Assembly (NCBI RefSeq): GCF_040938485.1
Contig: NW_027271973.1
Span: 1-64,000, forward strand
Direction: 5' to 3'
Length of the DNA stretch: 64,000 nt
Source: Diadema antillarum
Lineage: Eukaryota
Every line of letters starts with the position of its first letter. Within the stretch, counting starts at the first letter, position 1. Made by a program: the position numbers and the translations under genes. Positions 1 to 13,382 of this stretch are shown here, in pieces. The notes beneath the pieces were generated by a model that ran no database searches, was not told the DNA's origin, and was given only the letters and a program-made list of their open reading frames with translations.

Positions 1-1069
1 TAATTCTTTACCTATACCATATCTGCGATTAAATGTTGAGAATATAATTTTCATCACTCATGATGATGAAAGTATAAGTATTTAAGACGAAGATACCAAA
101 ACAGTGTAAGGATCATAATGAAAATAAAGATCTATAGAATGAAAATTATTAACACGCTATAATGGTGATCATGATCTAAATAGAGCCAGAAAATGGATGT
201 GAATTAAAGATTCCAGAAACAATGCGATGATCACGAAGAAAAGAAGGATTCCTACTGAACTTCACACATAAAATGTTGTTAAAAAGAGAGATATTCTGAT
301 TTAAATAGTAATTATCATGATGATGATATTAAGCATGAAACTTGATCCAAACCTAAAAATAGAAATAAAAGTGATTACAACGTTTATAACAGATTGGGCA
401 TGAGTAATAGAATAATGGACTTAGTGAAAATGAGTGGAAGTGGATTTACAAATTACCTTTTGTATGTTTATCAGATACAAAGAGGAAGACTTTTCAATAT
501 AAAGTCCATAAAAGATCATGGTTGACAAATAAAATGTTACGTAAAATGATATATTGATATACAGCGTGATACTGAATTATGCGCTTTATCATACATTTTT
601 ATTGAAGTTGGAAAACAGATCGTTCATTCGCTTATCACATTTTAAAATTTATGTTAAAAGAATAGATTTCGTTTTATAGACTTGTAGAAAGCAATGTGTG
701 TGGCGCGCTTGAAAGGATTAACCCGATACGTCTGAATTCCACTCTGGTTCCACGTGATGCTTGATTAATTCATTCACTCGATTGCACATGAAGAATTAAG
801 CATTTTCTAAACTTACGTGTGTATGTACGTCCATCCTCACCATAAACTGAGCCTCCCCTATAAAAAGTTTGTCGAAAGGTTAATGGTTGTGTCCTTCGTA
901 TATGCAAGCAAACATGATTATAAAGCACCTCCGTTTAAACCGGGCATTGTTTATGGACATGTTTTTTTGTTTGAGGTGTGAGTTTTATTCATTTTTGTCT
1001 CCCTTTATACTTAATTATTATGTTTAATAATCTCTCGCTTTCAGGTTTATGTTTGCACACTATATCCGT

Positions 1070-1171
1070 TATACAATGATATCTGAGCTCAGTATCTGTA
1101 CAAAGAATATCTTTATTCAGTATACAATGATATCTGAGCTCAGTATCTGTACAAAGAATATCTTTATTCAG
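1070..1171. repeat. Perfect tandem duplication, 2 x 51 bp
   Basis: TATACAATGATATCTGAGCTCAG...CTTTATTCAG occurs at 1070-1120 and again identically at 1121-1171. Confidence 0.9.
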
Positions 1172-1455
1172 TAGGCCCTATATATATCATATTAAGTTGT
1201 ACAGTATTTCTATGCTCAGCTCTAAGCTTCGTGTTCTGCGGATTCTTGCAATCCTTTCTCCGAAAATCAGATTCTGACGCTGTCACTGACATTGTAAACA
1301 TCGGTAATGGTAGTAATGACAAAGTCAATCCCATATAAACTTTGTGGATTGATTTCGTCCCCAAAGCTGTGGTCTCTCTCCTGACCGCTCTATCAAACTG
1401 TCGAGTGCACTGCACGTGCGCTGAAGTTTCAACAGCAGCTTGTTTGTTACGATTG

Positions 1456-1490
1456 TTCAATTCAATTCAATTCAATTCAATTCAATTCAA
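1456..1490 (-). repeat. (TTCAA)7 microsatellite, possibly the 3' tail of a minus-strand LINE/SINE extending to about 1790
   Basis: Seven TTCAA units; on the minus strand AATAAA lies just before the (TTGAA)n run, as at non-LTR element 3' ends. Confidence 0.7.
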
Positions 1491-3313
1491 TTTCGGTTTT
1501 ATTAAAAAACACCAAATAAAAGTCCGAAGACTAACCATATTTGGTTTACATCAAACTTTACAGCTTTACAACAGGGAGACATAAAGAAAAGAAACAAAAC
1601 AAACAATTTTACACAACTGATTCATGTGGACACCCCCCGAAAAAAAAGAGACAAACTATATACTCACACTAACATAAAAATTGATAGCACCAATAATAAC
1701 AACAAAGATAAGGCATCAACTGAAGAGAAATTGCACACACCCTCATATACAATATACCTATGATAACATTCATTATATATTGTAAACGTTGTTTCGGCTT
1801 ACAGCGTTGTGTCATATAGGTTAAAACGGGCTATATCTTGCAGATTTCGCGTTGTTCATTGCGGGGAATCTCTTTTGTTATGGCAATCGGCATTTTTATT
1901 GCCGATGAGTCCCATTTCTAAGCTGACGAGGTCATGATGCTTGAAAATGTTTGCAACCTCTAAAACAGCGAGGAAAATGAATTTTTCTTATAGAGAAGAT
2001 CAAAATCATTAAAATTTATCATACTTTTGATTTGACCTCTATTCATAAAACAAAAGTTGTTTTCAAAATTCCCCAATTCGGTGCTGCATCGTTATCTTTT
2101 GTACATCGTTACAGTATCACATGCTTTTGCATAAGGAATCTTATTATTTCAGCTTCACTTACAAAGATATAAAAAAAGAGAAAAAGTGCGTTGCTTTATG
2201 ATCATATATCGATAACATGAGATCTTCGTGGGTATACTTTTACACGGGCGGGATGTAAGAGACTAAATTCTTCAGTGGAAATTGGTGTCATGTTCCAATT
2301 TACTAGACTTTCGTCTTTTTATGGGACTACAAAAACCTGGCCAAGCTGAACTTTCGTCACTTTACCCAGTGAAGTTTTGTCAGTAGTGACGTCACAATAA
2401 TCGAAGTCCGAACAAACAAGAGATTTTGTTCTGTGAGAACAAGTTCTTAGTAAAGGAATTTGTGACGAATTTACACGCACGTTCCTCTTTACGATCACAA
2501 GCCGAATCCCCCAAAATAGAAACTTACGTATTCAATACAATGATAGTCTTTTCATTCACCAAAATTCAGGCAGTATGCATCTTTTGGTAGTACTTCTTGA
2601 TCAGTAAATCTTCATTGTGAAGTTTATGTGTTAATACACATTAATTTCAATAATATTACAGAATAAAAGACAAGCCTATTACCTACAGAAAATCATTTGT
2701 AAGGAATCCTGGCTAATACTGTCATATTCATATCTCATTGCAGACTAGAAAAAGACTAGTTTCTCTTTTGTAAACAGAAAAGCACGACCAGCTCGATCCT
2801 CACTTGGCTGCCTACTCATTCACCTTCGTACATTGTACCTGCCCTGGCTAGCACTTAGTACAGACAGGGTTTCAACGTAAACATCTCAGCATAAGCAGTG
2901 CAGTACAGTGCAGTGGAGATTGTGGTGAAAAATCCATTCGTGTGACACCGATTGGATACTGAGGACGCGTTGACCACTGCTGTCCTTTTCTGCTACTCCC
3001 TGTTTCCCTACCTTTCGTCATCACTAGTCGGTGAGACAAAAAACAGAAGACAGAGGACTGATCAGAATTCGTTTGTGACACTCGGCGTCTCGGGTTTACG
3101 TTTATTCGACTCATTTTCACGTCAACCCATTCATAGGGAAACCCCTCGCCTCGCCAGCAGTGCACCAGGCATACATACCAGCATTGGACTGTCTTGAAGC
3201 GTCAGGGGAGTGGTGCGCAGTGGTGGTGATCCATTGTTAACTTGGAACTATTCTACATTTTGCCCAAGTTTTTGTGGCACTGTTTGTGAAGCAGGAGTTT
3301 AATTGCGTTGAGT

Positions 3314-6300
3314 ATGCCTCTGTTTGGAAAGTCAAAAAGTAAGCAAGCCTGATTTCGATAGAGGAAATTAAGAGTTGACTAAATGTAAATTTAACTTCGT
3401 TACTTTATGTGGCAGTTGCATGTAAATTTATATAAATTTAGTTCCAAAAGTACTTGATGGTATGGCAATCTCCACAGTGTAAATTTATATGAAAAACGTA
3501 CATTAAGACTGCAGAGGTGGATCCAGGAAAACCGTAAAGGGGGGCGTGCCTTTGCAAAATTAAAGGGGGAACACAAGCGATGCCTCCTATTTTTCTTTTT
3601 ATTTCTTTTAACAAAAAAAGGGGTACACCCATACCTGGATCCACCACTGAGACTGTCATTTCAAAAACAGTAAATGATGCAGTTTGCTTGAAGCAAAGAT
3701 GTCTGTCATTAAGTGCATGTTCACTACATGTAATAATGTACCAAATTGCTAATTTGCTGATTGTTTCCTCCCGCTACTACTGTATGTACATAGTACTTGC
3801 GTACATTCCTTGTATCAAGTTTTTGTCATACACCATTGACAGTGTGATACACACTGTAAGTCAAGTCGCTATCCCATACGTTCTCTTCATTGTGTCTATT
3901 AAATGCAGACAATCCCTGTGCTATACAACTGTATATGTATGTATCGTTGTAAGATCTCATCTTTGTAATTATGTCTTTAAAGTTTAAGTTTTGGTTGATG
4001 GTGTGCTTATAAAGTGTAGAAGTGAACTCTGGACATATTGGAACAGTAAATGTATTTCTGCCATCGAGGGACTATTTGAGGTACTGTACATGTAGTTATA
4101 CACAGCACTGTCACAAAGCTACAGTGCCACATGTAAACATTATTCATGGACATGGTTAACAAATGGCAACTATCCGGGAGCTGTACCTTTGATGGATACC
4201 TACCTATGGAAGATTCTGAAGGCAGGCTGAGCTTCTATATTCAGATCCAGGTTTGGTCCTCGAGATGAACTGGGTCATGGCCAGGTGGAGTGGCGTGAAA
4301 CTTAAATTTTATGGGTTCGTTGTCCCAGAATTTATCCAAACCAACTTCAAAACTGAAGACCTTCATAACCACTCAAAAGAAATTGTAATGATTTTAAAAT
4401 GTCAGTCACCATAAATTTTGTCGTGGTAACAAACAATTAAAGGACAAGTTCACCTTTATAAACATAAGGATTGAGAGAATGTAGCAATATTAGTAGAACA
4501 CATCATTGAAAGTTTGAGGAAAATCGGACAATCCGTTCAAAAGTTATGAATTGTTGAAGTTTTTGTGCAGTAACCGCTGGATGAGAAGACTACTGCAGTG
4601 TGTGAATAACTTAGATGTCACATGCGTACAACAATATAAGGAAAATATAAAGAGAATTTCACAAAATTTCATCTTTTGAAAAAAATACACTTTCCCCCCC
4701 GACTCGTTACGGACAAATGTTATGGGTAATATTATTCCCCCTGCCTTCAGAAAGAGGCAAGTAAAGTGCTCTTTTATTATGCGCAAAAAGTGAAAATATG
4801 TTGAATTTTCTTTACATTTTCTTTATACTGTTGTACGCATATGACTCACAAGCTGTAGTAGTCCCCTCATCCAGCGGTTCCAACACAAAAATTTTAAAAA
4901 TTCATAACTTTTGCATCGATTGTCCAATTTTCCTCAAACTTTCACTGATGTGTTCTACTAATATTGTTGCATTCTCTCAATCCTTATGTTCATGAAGGTG
5001 AACTTGTCCTTTAAAAGAAGTGTCTACAACTCTCCTGAATGTGGTATTTGTAAATGGTTGATGACAGTCCACACTCACCCTGGGGCGCTCCATTGTACAG
5101 TTGTAAACTGTGGGCACACTTCAGGCTGGTCGTAGTTAAGTCCACACAAGAATACAACATACAGCTTGTACTGTATGTGGTACAGTAGGTCATATCCTTG
5201 TATACAGAGGTGTGAATTTGTACATTCATGAGTTTGTGATCGAGAAAGAGTAATAATAATAATTACCGGTGTAACGAAATTTTTATAACGCATATAACAA
5301 ATGAATGTTCCCTAAGCGCTTTACAATCTCATCACAAAACATACTGTAATTAACAATTTACTTTCAATACACACACATGTAAGAGTAAATATTACATTTT
5401 CAACATTTTATTTGTCCTATAGAGAATGATGGCAAGAAGCCCTACCCAACCCAAGGGGCATCCTACCCTACCCAACAACCAGCATACCCTACCCAAGGCC
5501 AGTACCAGTACCCGGCACAGCCTCAGATAGCACCAGTCCAGAGCCAACAAATGTACGCTGCTCCACCACCAGGTGCCGGCGGCTACCCATCTGCTCCACC
5601 TCCATACTCGGCCACAGCCCCACCTCCGGGTCCGGTAAGATATTATCAGAGACTCCAACTCTCCCGTTTTCGACGGGAGATCTCCCGCCGAAAGCCCATT
5701 TTTGCACAATCTCCCGTTCTCCCGTTTGAGATTTGATTTCTCCCGCCCTGGCTCTGTGTCTCCCGGTGGAAAGGATTTCTTACTTATTTCTATCGTATGT
5801 TGAAAAAAATAAGCCTTAGATAGCACCAGAGAACATCTAGAATCCTAGGAACTTCGCGCTTATTCGCACACATCAACTTGGAGTCTCCCGTTTGCTAGGG
5901 GTTTCGGGCGGGAGAATCTCCAGATCAGAAGGTGCTTGGGGTTGGAGTCTCTGTATTATCTACAGTGTACCTAGTACTAGTTTATGATATGGAAAGGAAT
6001 TATGTGTGAAAACTCCTTATGTTCATTTCATTTGCAACCAGTACTTCACACTAGGCCTACATTTGTGCTTGTGTACCTTTGCTGAGCACATGCTGGAAAT
6101 ATATTTAGTATTTAGTTACACCAGTTCCCATGAAATGAAGCCCAATTCAAAAAGGAATTTATAGAAATTTCATTTTTTTTTTTGTGCCTACAGTATTTCA
6201 GAGCTTTTCTGCAAAAGAAAAATTAACATTTCATACATTTCCAGTGATGTGGGAAATTAATGTTCAGAAGAGGCATGCCTATACATATTGACTTTGGCTA

Positions 6301-7201
6301 TTCTAAGTATTTCTGTCATTAGTTTTCATTGTGTGTTTCATGTGAGATGCTTGGTGATTTGTGATAGATATACGTTGTACCGTACATCATGCAGCCATTT
6401 AAAAGAAAATTCAGTCATGTAGATCTGAGATCACACTATACTGTGATATAGGCTTTAAATAAAATTGCAAACTTTCCAAGCATGCTCAGAGAGGCACTTG
6501 AATAGATGTTTTTTTCACTGATGGTTGACTGTAAATTGTTTTTCTTCTAGTCATAGTCCCATGCTTGTTTTCTATGTGCAGGCAACATACAACCCAGGCT
6601 ATCCTGTGGCAGCAGCTCCCCCACCACGGCAGCCCCAGTCTGTAGTTGTCCAGGGTGGCTTTGATGCTGGTGCACGGTTTGATGGAAGGACGCCTCCCTC
6701 TATTCCTGTGAGTATTAATCCATCACCATCATGATAACTTAACTACCAGTTTGTATGTTTCTATTTTGCAGTTGTAAGCATTTATATGCCCGAGAGAACC
6801 AAGCAGACTACAACTTTGTACTTCAGTGATTGTGAACAGAGGATGTTATAGATTCTTTACACCATGTATGTGGATGAAGTCATTTTGAAACATGTAATGT
6901 CTGAAGTTAAGATTTTGGCAGAATTTTAGGAGGAGATGAGCAGTTTGTTACTTTTTGTAGATAATACTCTTCAAAATTTATTGATGTACATGTCATGTAT
7001 TTGAAGTAGTGACTTCAGATCATGACTGTAGAAGATAATTGACTCGCTGCCCTCTCCTCCCCCTCCCTTTAGCCTCCCCCACCAGGCTGCGCTCCAAATG
7101 CAGCCCAGATGGCTTCCCAGCACGGACAAAACGTTGTGGTCACTCAGCGGCCAAGCAATTGGATGACAGGAGGCTCAGATGGTGGCTACACGATGTGGTA
7201 G
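3314..7201 (+). CDS. DAZAP2: DAZ-associated protein 2; join(3314..3338,5423..5634,6582..6707,7073..7201), 163 aa
   Basis: P/Y/Q-rich N-terminus, then VVVQGGFDAGARFDG..IP|PPPPGCAPNAAQMA...NVVVTQRPSNWMTGGSDGGYTMW*, matching the DAZAP2 C-terminal signature (GGYDAGARF, PPPPGCPPNAAQ, GGSDGGYTIW). All introns are GT-AG with phases 1,0,0. Exon 1 (MPLFGKSK, donor A|GTAAGC) is the least certain. Confidence 0.92.
3512..3649. mobile_element. Short hAT-like MITE, 138 bp, in DAZAP2 intron 1
   Basis: TIRs CAGAGGTGGATCCAGG / CCTGGATCCACCACTG; flanking direct repeat AGACTG. Confidence 0.75.
4441..5010. mobile_element. Kolobok/T2-type MITE, 570 bp, TTAA target
   Basis: TTAA|AGGACAAGTTCACC ... GGTGAACTTGTCCT|TTAA with long imperfect TIRs; near-identical inverted copy at 19598-20165. 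Confidence 0.9.
5647..5953. mobile_element. hAT-like MITE, 307 bp, 12 nt downstream of the DAZAP2 exon 2 donor
   Basis: Perfect 13-bp TIR CAGAGACTCCAAC / GTTGGAGTCTCTG; subterminal CTCCCG repeats; flanking direct repeat TATTAT. Confidence 0.85.
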
Positions 7202-9323
7202 GTGAATTCTGCCAGCTTGGCTGTGCACGAGAGCAAAAAAATGGCATCCAACCTCACTGGCGACATCACCTGTTTGAAACGTAGGTTGTGTGTGATTATG
7301 TTTGTAGAGTTGATGCTGCCACATTTGGGACATGAAACAACTGGCATGATTGTAGTTGTCTGGTGTATGTACTGCAGTAATGTTATCTTTGCTAATTTGA
7401 CTAGTGTACATTTTATGAGTCAAGCCTTTTTCAACCACTGTTTTCAACTGTGCCTATGGAAAAATTTTACTTCTTAGACTTTGTACTGTTGTCCTCTCCT
7501 GGTGAAGTTAAGTACCAAGGTGACATGTACCTCTGTTATGACCATGGCCAACTACTCTGCATACAATGTCTATGGTGTTTTGAGGAAGCTGAGCTGAGAG
7601 GGTTAGATTTAAACCATGAGCTCTCATTATGTAAAAGTTGATATAAATCAGTGTAATATGAATGAATATTCTTCAGGAATATGATGATCATCATCGCGCA
7701 CAGACTAAGGAAGACATGTGGCTCCAAGCAAATTTGTATACAGATGTTCCAAGCCATTGGAGACATGTGAAAATTTCAGTATATTACTGCATTTGTATAG
7801 TGTATGCAGGGAGGTGGAAGAGAGAACTCTTTTTCCATCTCCGTGCTATGGTGGAACCTGTGTTCATAAATTTGACCTGTGATGTAATGAATCCCAGAAG
7901 TGCCCTGTGAAGCTTCTTTTTAAGCAGAGTAAACGGCATCAGAAAATTGATGAGCATTGATTTTGTATTCTCACTCACTGGTTCCTGTGCCCTTGGAATA
8001 CCTTCGACAATCAGACAACACGGGATACATGTAGACAAGTGTAGTGTCATATCAACTCTAAAACTATCTTTAAATACCAGAATGTCAGAAGGGATAATTG
8101 TTCTAACAGTTCAACCTTACAGTGTTACATTGTATATGTCAATGCCTTCTGCTCCAGTCAAGGAAAAGCACTGTAAATTCTTAACACTTCACAAATTGAA
8201 CTGTGAGAATAGGTTTAATGTAGTGTTCTTAATTAATTTCGTTACCACCCCTGTTAGTCTTTTTGTCCTGTCATATTTTAAAAAAATTTCAGCATCTATA
8301 GGATATTAGAGTATAACCCACGACAGTGACTTATGTACACATATACCAATTTTGAATTCAAAACCTTTGCAAGGTGACATTTGTATTTCCACACAATGCC
8401 TTCAATGTTAGCAGACATCATGTATATATGTATTTAACTATTTAGCCATTACACAGAAGATTGAACTATGGCTGTAATCAGGGAGGCGAGATGCTGTAAT
8501 GCTCTCTTTCAAATTTTAACTTCTTGTAGGACAGAGGAGACACAGAGTATGTTTTAGCGTGATTGAGTGATTGGCAAGTCTCTGTCTTGTGTGTGATAAC
8601 CATATGTTAAATGTATGTTGATCTCTGAATGTGGCAGCTTGTATCCTATTTCACCACGTAGCTGAATATTTTCTTGTAAGCTTTTACTATTAAGTACATC
8701 TAGGATGGTTGTCTAGCACATTTGATTATTCAGTTAGCAGATGGTGTAAACTGGCGATGGATTGACTACCGTAATGTTAAGCCCAGATTTCAGTCATAAA
8801 TACACAATTCTGCACTAGACATTTTTTTCTCCTTTTGTTTTGTTTTCCAAGCCAACTGGGACTGAGTCGATTATTACCATCTTTCCTGCATTAAAAACTG
8901 ACTTCCTTACAGGATTTTTGCATCTACGGGGTATTGCGACCTTTACAAAGTGGTGCATGACATGTATTTGGCAGTGATGTCTAGTGGGAAGTTGATCTCT
9001 TAGTCACACTTAGACACACTCCAGCTGTGTTGTTGCATATTGCACAACAGGCTAGAAATCTGGGCCTGGATGTCTTGTTTGAACATGTCCCTTTTCTCCT
9101 TGTTTTTTTTTTGCTATTCCTTTAGTTTTTAAAGCAAATAACTTTCCCGTTTCTGATAGTTGCAATGACTAGAGCATGGATGATAGGGTCAAGGGTAACG
9201 TGATTCACAGGATGTCAAATTATAGGACCGTTGTGCAGTGCTTGTGGCGTAAGGACAGTAACAATCATGATACCGAGCATTTTGATTCAGTAACTAGCCC
9301 CTATTGTAGCCAGGCCTGCCTGC

Positions 9324-9354
<31 letters not shown>

Positions 9355-10562
9355 AGAAAAAAAAAGAATGAAGATACTGGTTGAAAGGTGGACTTTTATC
9401 GGAATTGTTAGTTATTTCCATTAGTAGCATTGTCTGCTGCCTCCCCCCCCCCCCCCCATGGCATATTATCCATTACCCTTTGCTTCCATTTTTTAATCTA
9501 ATGTAATCAATATTATCATACAATATTGGTGGAAATAATTTCTGTAACGTATGATAATTTACATATAGATCAATACAACATTATTGGCACTTTCTGTCAT
9601 GTGGGATGTACATGTATCTTCTCAACATCAGGTGACTTATTTACCATTTACAGTATTCAATTTGCTCTTTTAAACTAATGGCAACACTAAGGTCCATGGA
9701 GGTAAAAGTCAGCTTTATTGTGTATCTGACACTAGTGTATATAATTTGTGCAACTGGATCGACTTGAATGGCTGTTTCAAAATCTGCAACACAAAAAAAT
9801 ATTACAAATCTTTTTCTCAATAGATATTGATGTACACACAATACAGTGATTTCATAATTGATTAAAGTATAATATCATTCCTTGACTTCTTCATTTACAA
9901 TATACTGTGGGCAATATTCATACATATTCATATGAATAATGCTCGTAGCTACATGTAAATGGTGTTATTCAAATATACATGTATTTTGTTTAGTTATGTA
10001 TGTAACCTTTCATTCATGTAAGTACTGGAAAAGAGTGATTATGATTGTACAAAGTTTATCATTAAAGGAATCAGTTATGATTGATTTTTTATATCTGTAC
10101 AGTGATTGTCTTGAAATTGTATTGGGTGCCATTGTTAGTGGAAAAGAAAAGATTGAGAGATGTGAGGAGAGGAAAAGGATTATCAGGATGAAAAGTAAAC
10201 ACTTAAATACTGTATGCAGACCTGCATAGTCTTCCAGATTCTTTAGGATGATTCCTGAAAACTGAGATTTATCTTTTGTGTCCTGACAATGAAATACAAA
10301 ATCCTCTGTGATTCAGATATCCAATTGGTCTTTCGAAATGAATGTAATACACAGGTGTCTTCCTGATTGCCCGTTGAAATCACCCAGATTTTGATGTAGG
10401 GATTGTTACAGCCCTGTACATGCCTACAATTTTCATGAATTTTCACCAAGGAATTTAGCAGATATATCATGTACTTTCTTATAATGAGCATTCATATATG
10501 CTATGGTGTTTCTTATCTTTCTCTTCACTCATTGCTATGTTCACTGCATATACTTGTCCAAA

Positions 10563-10598
<36 letters not shown>

Positions 10599-10712
10599 AC
10601 CAGTTTTTAGTCCATGCATCCAGTTAAATCTTCTATTTTCAGTTCTTGATCACACTCTCCTGCATGGTATTTCTTCTGTAATCTCTCATAAGCAAATTCT
10701 AAAATCGATTAA

Positions 10713-11100
10713 AGGGACTGTACAGTACTGGTTGAGGTGGGGATTCATGTTTTGAACATTCCTAAGTGAGATAATGAAAAATCTCTTATGAAATATGAAA
10801 GAGCATGTAATTTTAAGAGAAATTTAATGTTTATTTAGTGAAAATTGGTTTTCAAATGGCTGAGATATCCAAAAAAGTGATATTAAATAATAAAAGGCGA
10901 CAGGCCACGCCCTTTTTTAGGATATCTTTGTTTCACCTTGTTTTTGGATATCTTGGCGATTTCAAAATCGATTTTCACCAAATAAAGTTTCGATACCCTT
11001 TAAAATGGCATGCTCTTTGACATCTTATAGAGTGGTTTCTGAACATCTCTCAAAACGTTGAAAGCTAAATCCTCACCTCATCCAGAACTGTACAAATCGA
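10713..11100. mobile_element. Kolobok-type MITE with an altered right tip
   Basis: TTAA|AGGGACTGTACAGTACTGGTTGAGGTG ... CACCTCATCCAGAACTGTACA; body shares AAAATGGCTGAGATATCCAAAAA with the copy at 31130. Confidence 0.8.
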
Positions 11101-11639
11101 TTAAGGAAAACAATTTTAGTGATGGACAACCATGGCATTACTGCAATGAATTACACACTTCCTGTCTTATTTCTAAGAAAGATTTGCATAGAGAGCACAG
11201 CTTGTGTAGCAATATGGTGAAATGCTGGTGAGTGAAACGATTCTATGGGATGTGAGTAATTGTTCACCAGCGTCAGCAGCAGGTACCACTTATCAGGAAA
11301 TTGCAAAGATGTCACTGACAAGAGGCCTCGAATGGAGGTGAACAACAAACAACATTTCCTTCAACCTCAGACTCAATTGAAATAAGTTCCGAAGTACGTA
11401 AACAACATATGTCTCTCCAAAGCTGTAGTATTGTTTCCGTTATCAGTGTAGCTTGATGATAAGTACAGGGTGTGCATTGCAATCTGAGAAAAGGTATGAT
11501 GGATTCACATAACATGAACATACAAGCCTGCACAGACAGTAGATATACACAGACACCATGTATGGCATATTTTAACAGATAAACAGCTAGTACACAAATA
11601 CTGTAGAATACATTGACAGGCCTATTTCTGTTGTTGGTA

Positions 11640-12098
11640 CAGTGCACTCCCGTTACAACGAACACGGTTATAACGAAATTTCGTTATAACGAAGTAATTT
11701 TTCTGGTCCCAAAATTATCACCATTGAAGTCTATGGTACAAAATTCGCTTATACACGAACACGAAGTCTTTTACAGCGAAATTTCCGTTATAACGAAATG
11801 CGAATTGCTTTCGAAAATACGTAGCGGAACAAGCATGTATAGCGTCTCTGCATGGGTGAACGCTTCACACAACTGTGTGTTTACTCCTTGTGTCACGCAC
11901 AGTTTCTGAGGGGAACTTGTGTTTATTATTGTAATACTTGCAGTTATTCCCATCACATTTCACATAGCTTTTCCAGTATATACGTGGTTCCTTGATTTCG
12001 TTATACTGTATATTGTATTTGTTCGGTTATAACGAAATTTCGTTATAACGAAAGAAAACTGCCGGTCCCGAGCATTTCGTTATAACGGGAGTGCACTG
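11640..12098. mobile_element. Tc1/mariner (Tigger-like) MITE, TA target
   Basis: TA|CAGTGCACTCCCGTT ... AACGGGAGTGCACTG|TA; repeated CGTTATAACGAA binding-site-like motif. Confidence 0.9.
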
Positions 12099-12563
12099 TA
12101 TGTGTCTGATATTTTGTCAAGCAATCTGCACATTTCTGTATAATATGTGACGACCAGTTCATGCACCTATAGTCTTCTGGAATGTGTCCGACATCTTCTC
12201 ATTTCTGTTAATACAATTTTTACATGCATCCACAGTCTTCTGGAATCTTCCGAGTCCAGGAAAAGAGGAAGAGAAGGAGAGGGAATGAGAGAAGGGCAGA
12301 AAGAGAGGGTGAGATAGTAAAGTCACCCTCCATTTAGGTCGTAGAATGCATATACGTATTGGCTATTCCTTCACCCTTTCCACCTCCAGCTAGTAGGCTA
12401 TATACTACACAGTGTAGGTATTTAATGTATGATGTCAGGCACCAAAGACAGCCTTGAGGTGATATATTTACCCATTGTTCACATTTTTTTTTTTGGGTTA
12501 TTTATTGAAGCTATTTACTTGTATTGAATAAAGCAGACCTCCAACCCTGCCATTTTAATCTCA

Positions 12564-12699
12564 NNNNNNNNNNNNNNNNNNNNNNNNNNNNNNNNNNNNN
12601 NNNNNNNNNNNNNNNNNNNNNNNNNNNNNNNNNNNNNNNNNNNNNNNNNNNNNNNNNNNNNNNNNNNNNNNNNNNNNNNNNNNNNNNNNNNNNNNNNNN
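12564..12699. other. Assembly gap (136 N)
   Basis: Run of N. Confidence 1.
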
Positions 12700-13321
12700 C
12701 TGTAGTGCTGACTTACTGGAAGTCAACACAATATGCAGCAGTAACTGTTGTGCTATTTGTCACGAGATTCATGAAGAGTTAATTTTTAACCCAGAGTGTC
12801 CTTCGGGAATTTTGCAGCAGAACTTATCATGTTGTCATTAAATTGGTACCTCGGAATTCACATCATATGTTATATGGGAGAGAGATTAAATGCAGCTGGC
12901 TAACTACGTCAAATCTACATAAAATCAGAGAGATTTTAAGAAAAAATATGAAAAAATGTGTGTTGCCCCTAAGAATCAGAAATTTAGCAACTAGAGAGGC
13001 TTTTGAAAATTCTGCAACAGAAGCAAATATATATGAATATATATGAACCAAAAAAAAAGCTAATATGAAAGAGAACATTTTACTCTACCTCTTGAAATGC
13101 TAGCATGTAATGGTTAAAATCCTAATAAATATAAGGAGCATCAACCATGCAGAGAAATACAGTAGGCCATATGCTTTCTGGGACTTGGAAAGGGGAAAAC
13201 CCCTGTGTGAGACCCATGAGTTACATGTACATCCACCGCAAAGGCTGTTGATTCCAATTATTGTTCACAACTGTCATTTCTCTGCGGCACAAATTAATGT
13301 GTCGATTCTCTCGTTCAGTGT

Positions 13322-13322
<1 letters not shown>

Positions 13323-13377
<55 letters not shown>
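13323..13377. repeat. (GT)n microsatellite
   Basis: Uninterrupted GT dinucleotide run. Confidence 0.95.

Positions 13378-13382
<5 letters not shown>

Noticed and set aside
1-1000. AT-rich stretch that might be a decayed coding or viral sequence
   Set aside because: No ORF or recognisable motif in any frame I could read
1800-2740. Repeat-like sequence upstream of DAZAP2
   Set aside because: It has MITE-like texture, but I could not find matching termini or a TSD
4163-4221. Alternative DAZAP2 first exon MATIRELYLDGYLPMEDSE
   Set aside because: It needs a weak GC donor; the 3314-3338 exon has a canonical GTAAGC donor in the right phase
4798-4995. Near-identical 65-aa ORFs here and at 19613-19810
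   Set aside because: Both lie within copies of the same MITE; the similarity reflects the repeat, not a gene
12150-12400. Possible minus-strand exons with a short internal duplication (TTCCAGAAGACT x2)
   Set aside because: Splice signals are weak and there is no recognisable protein
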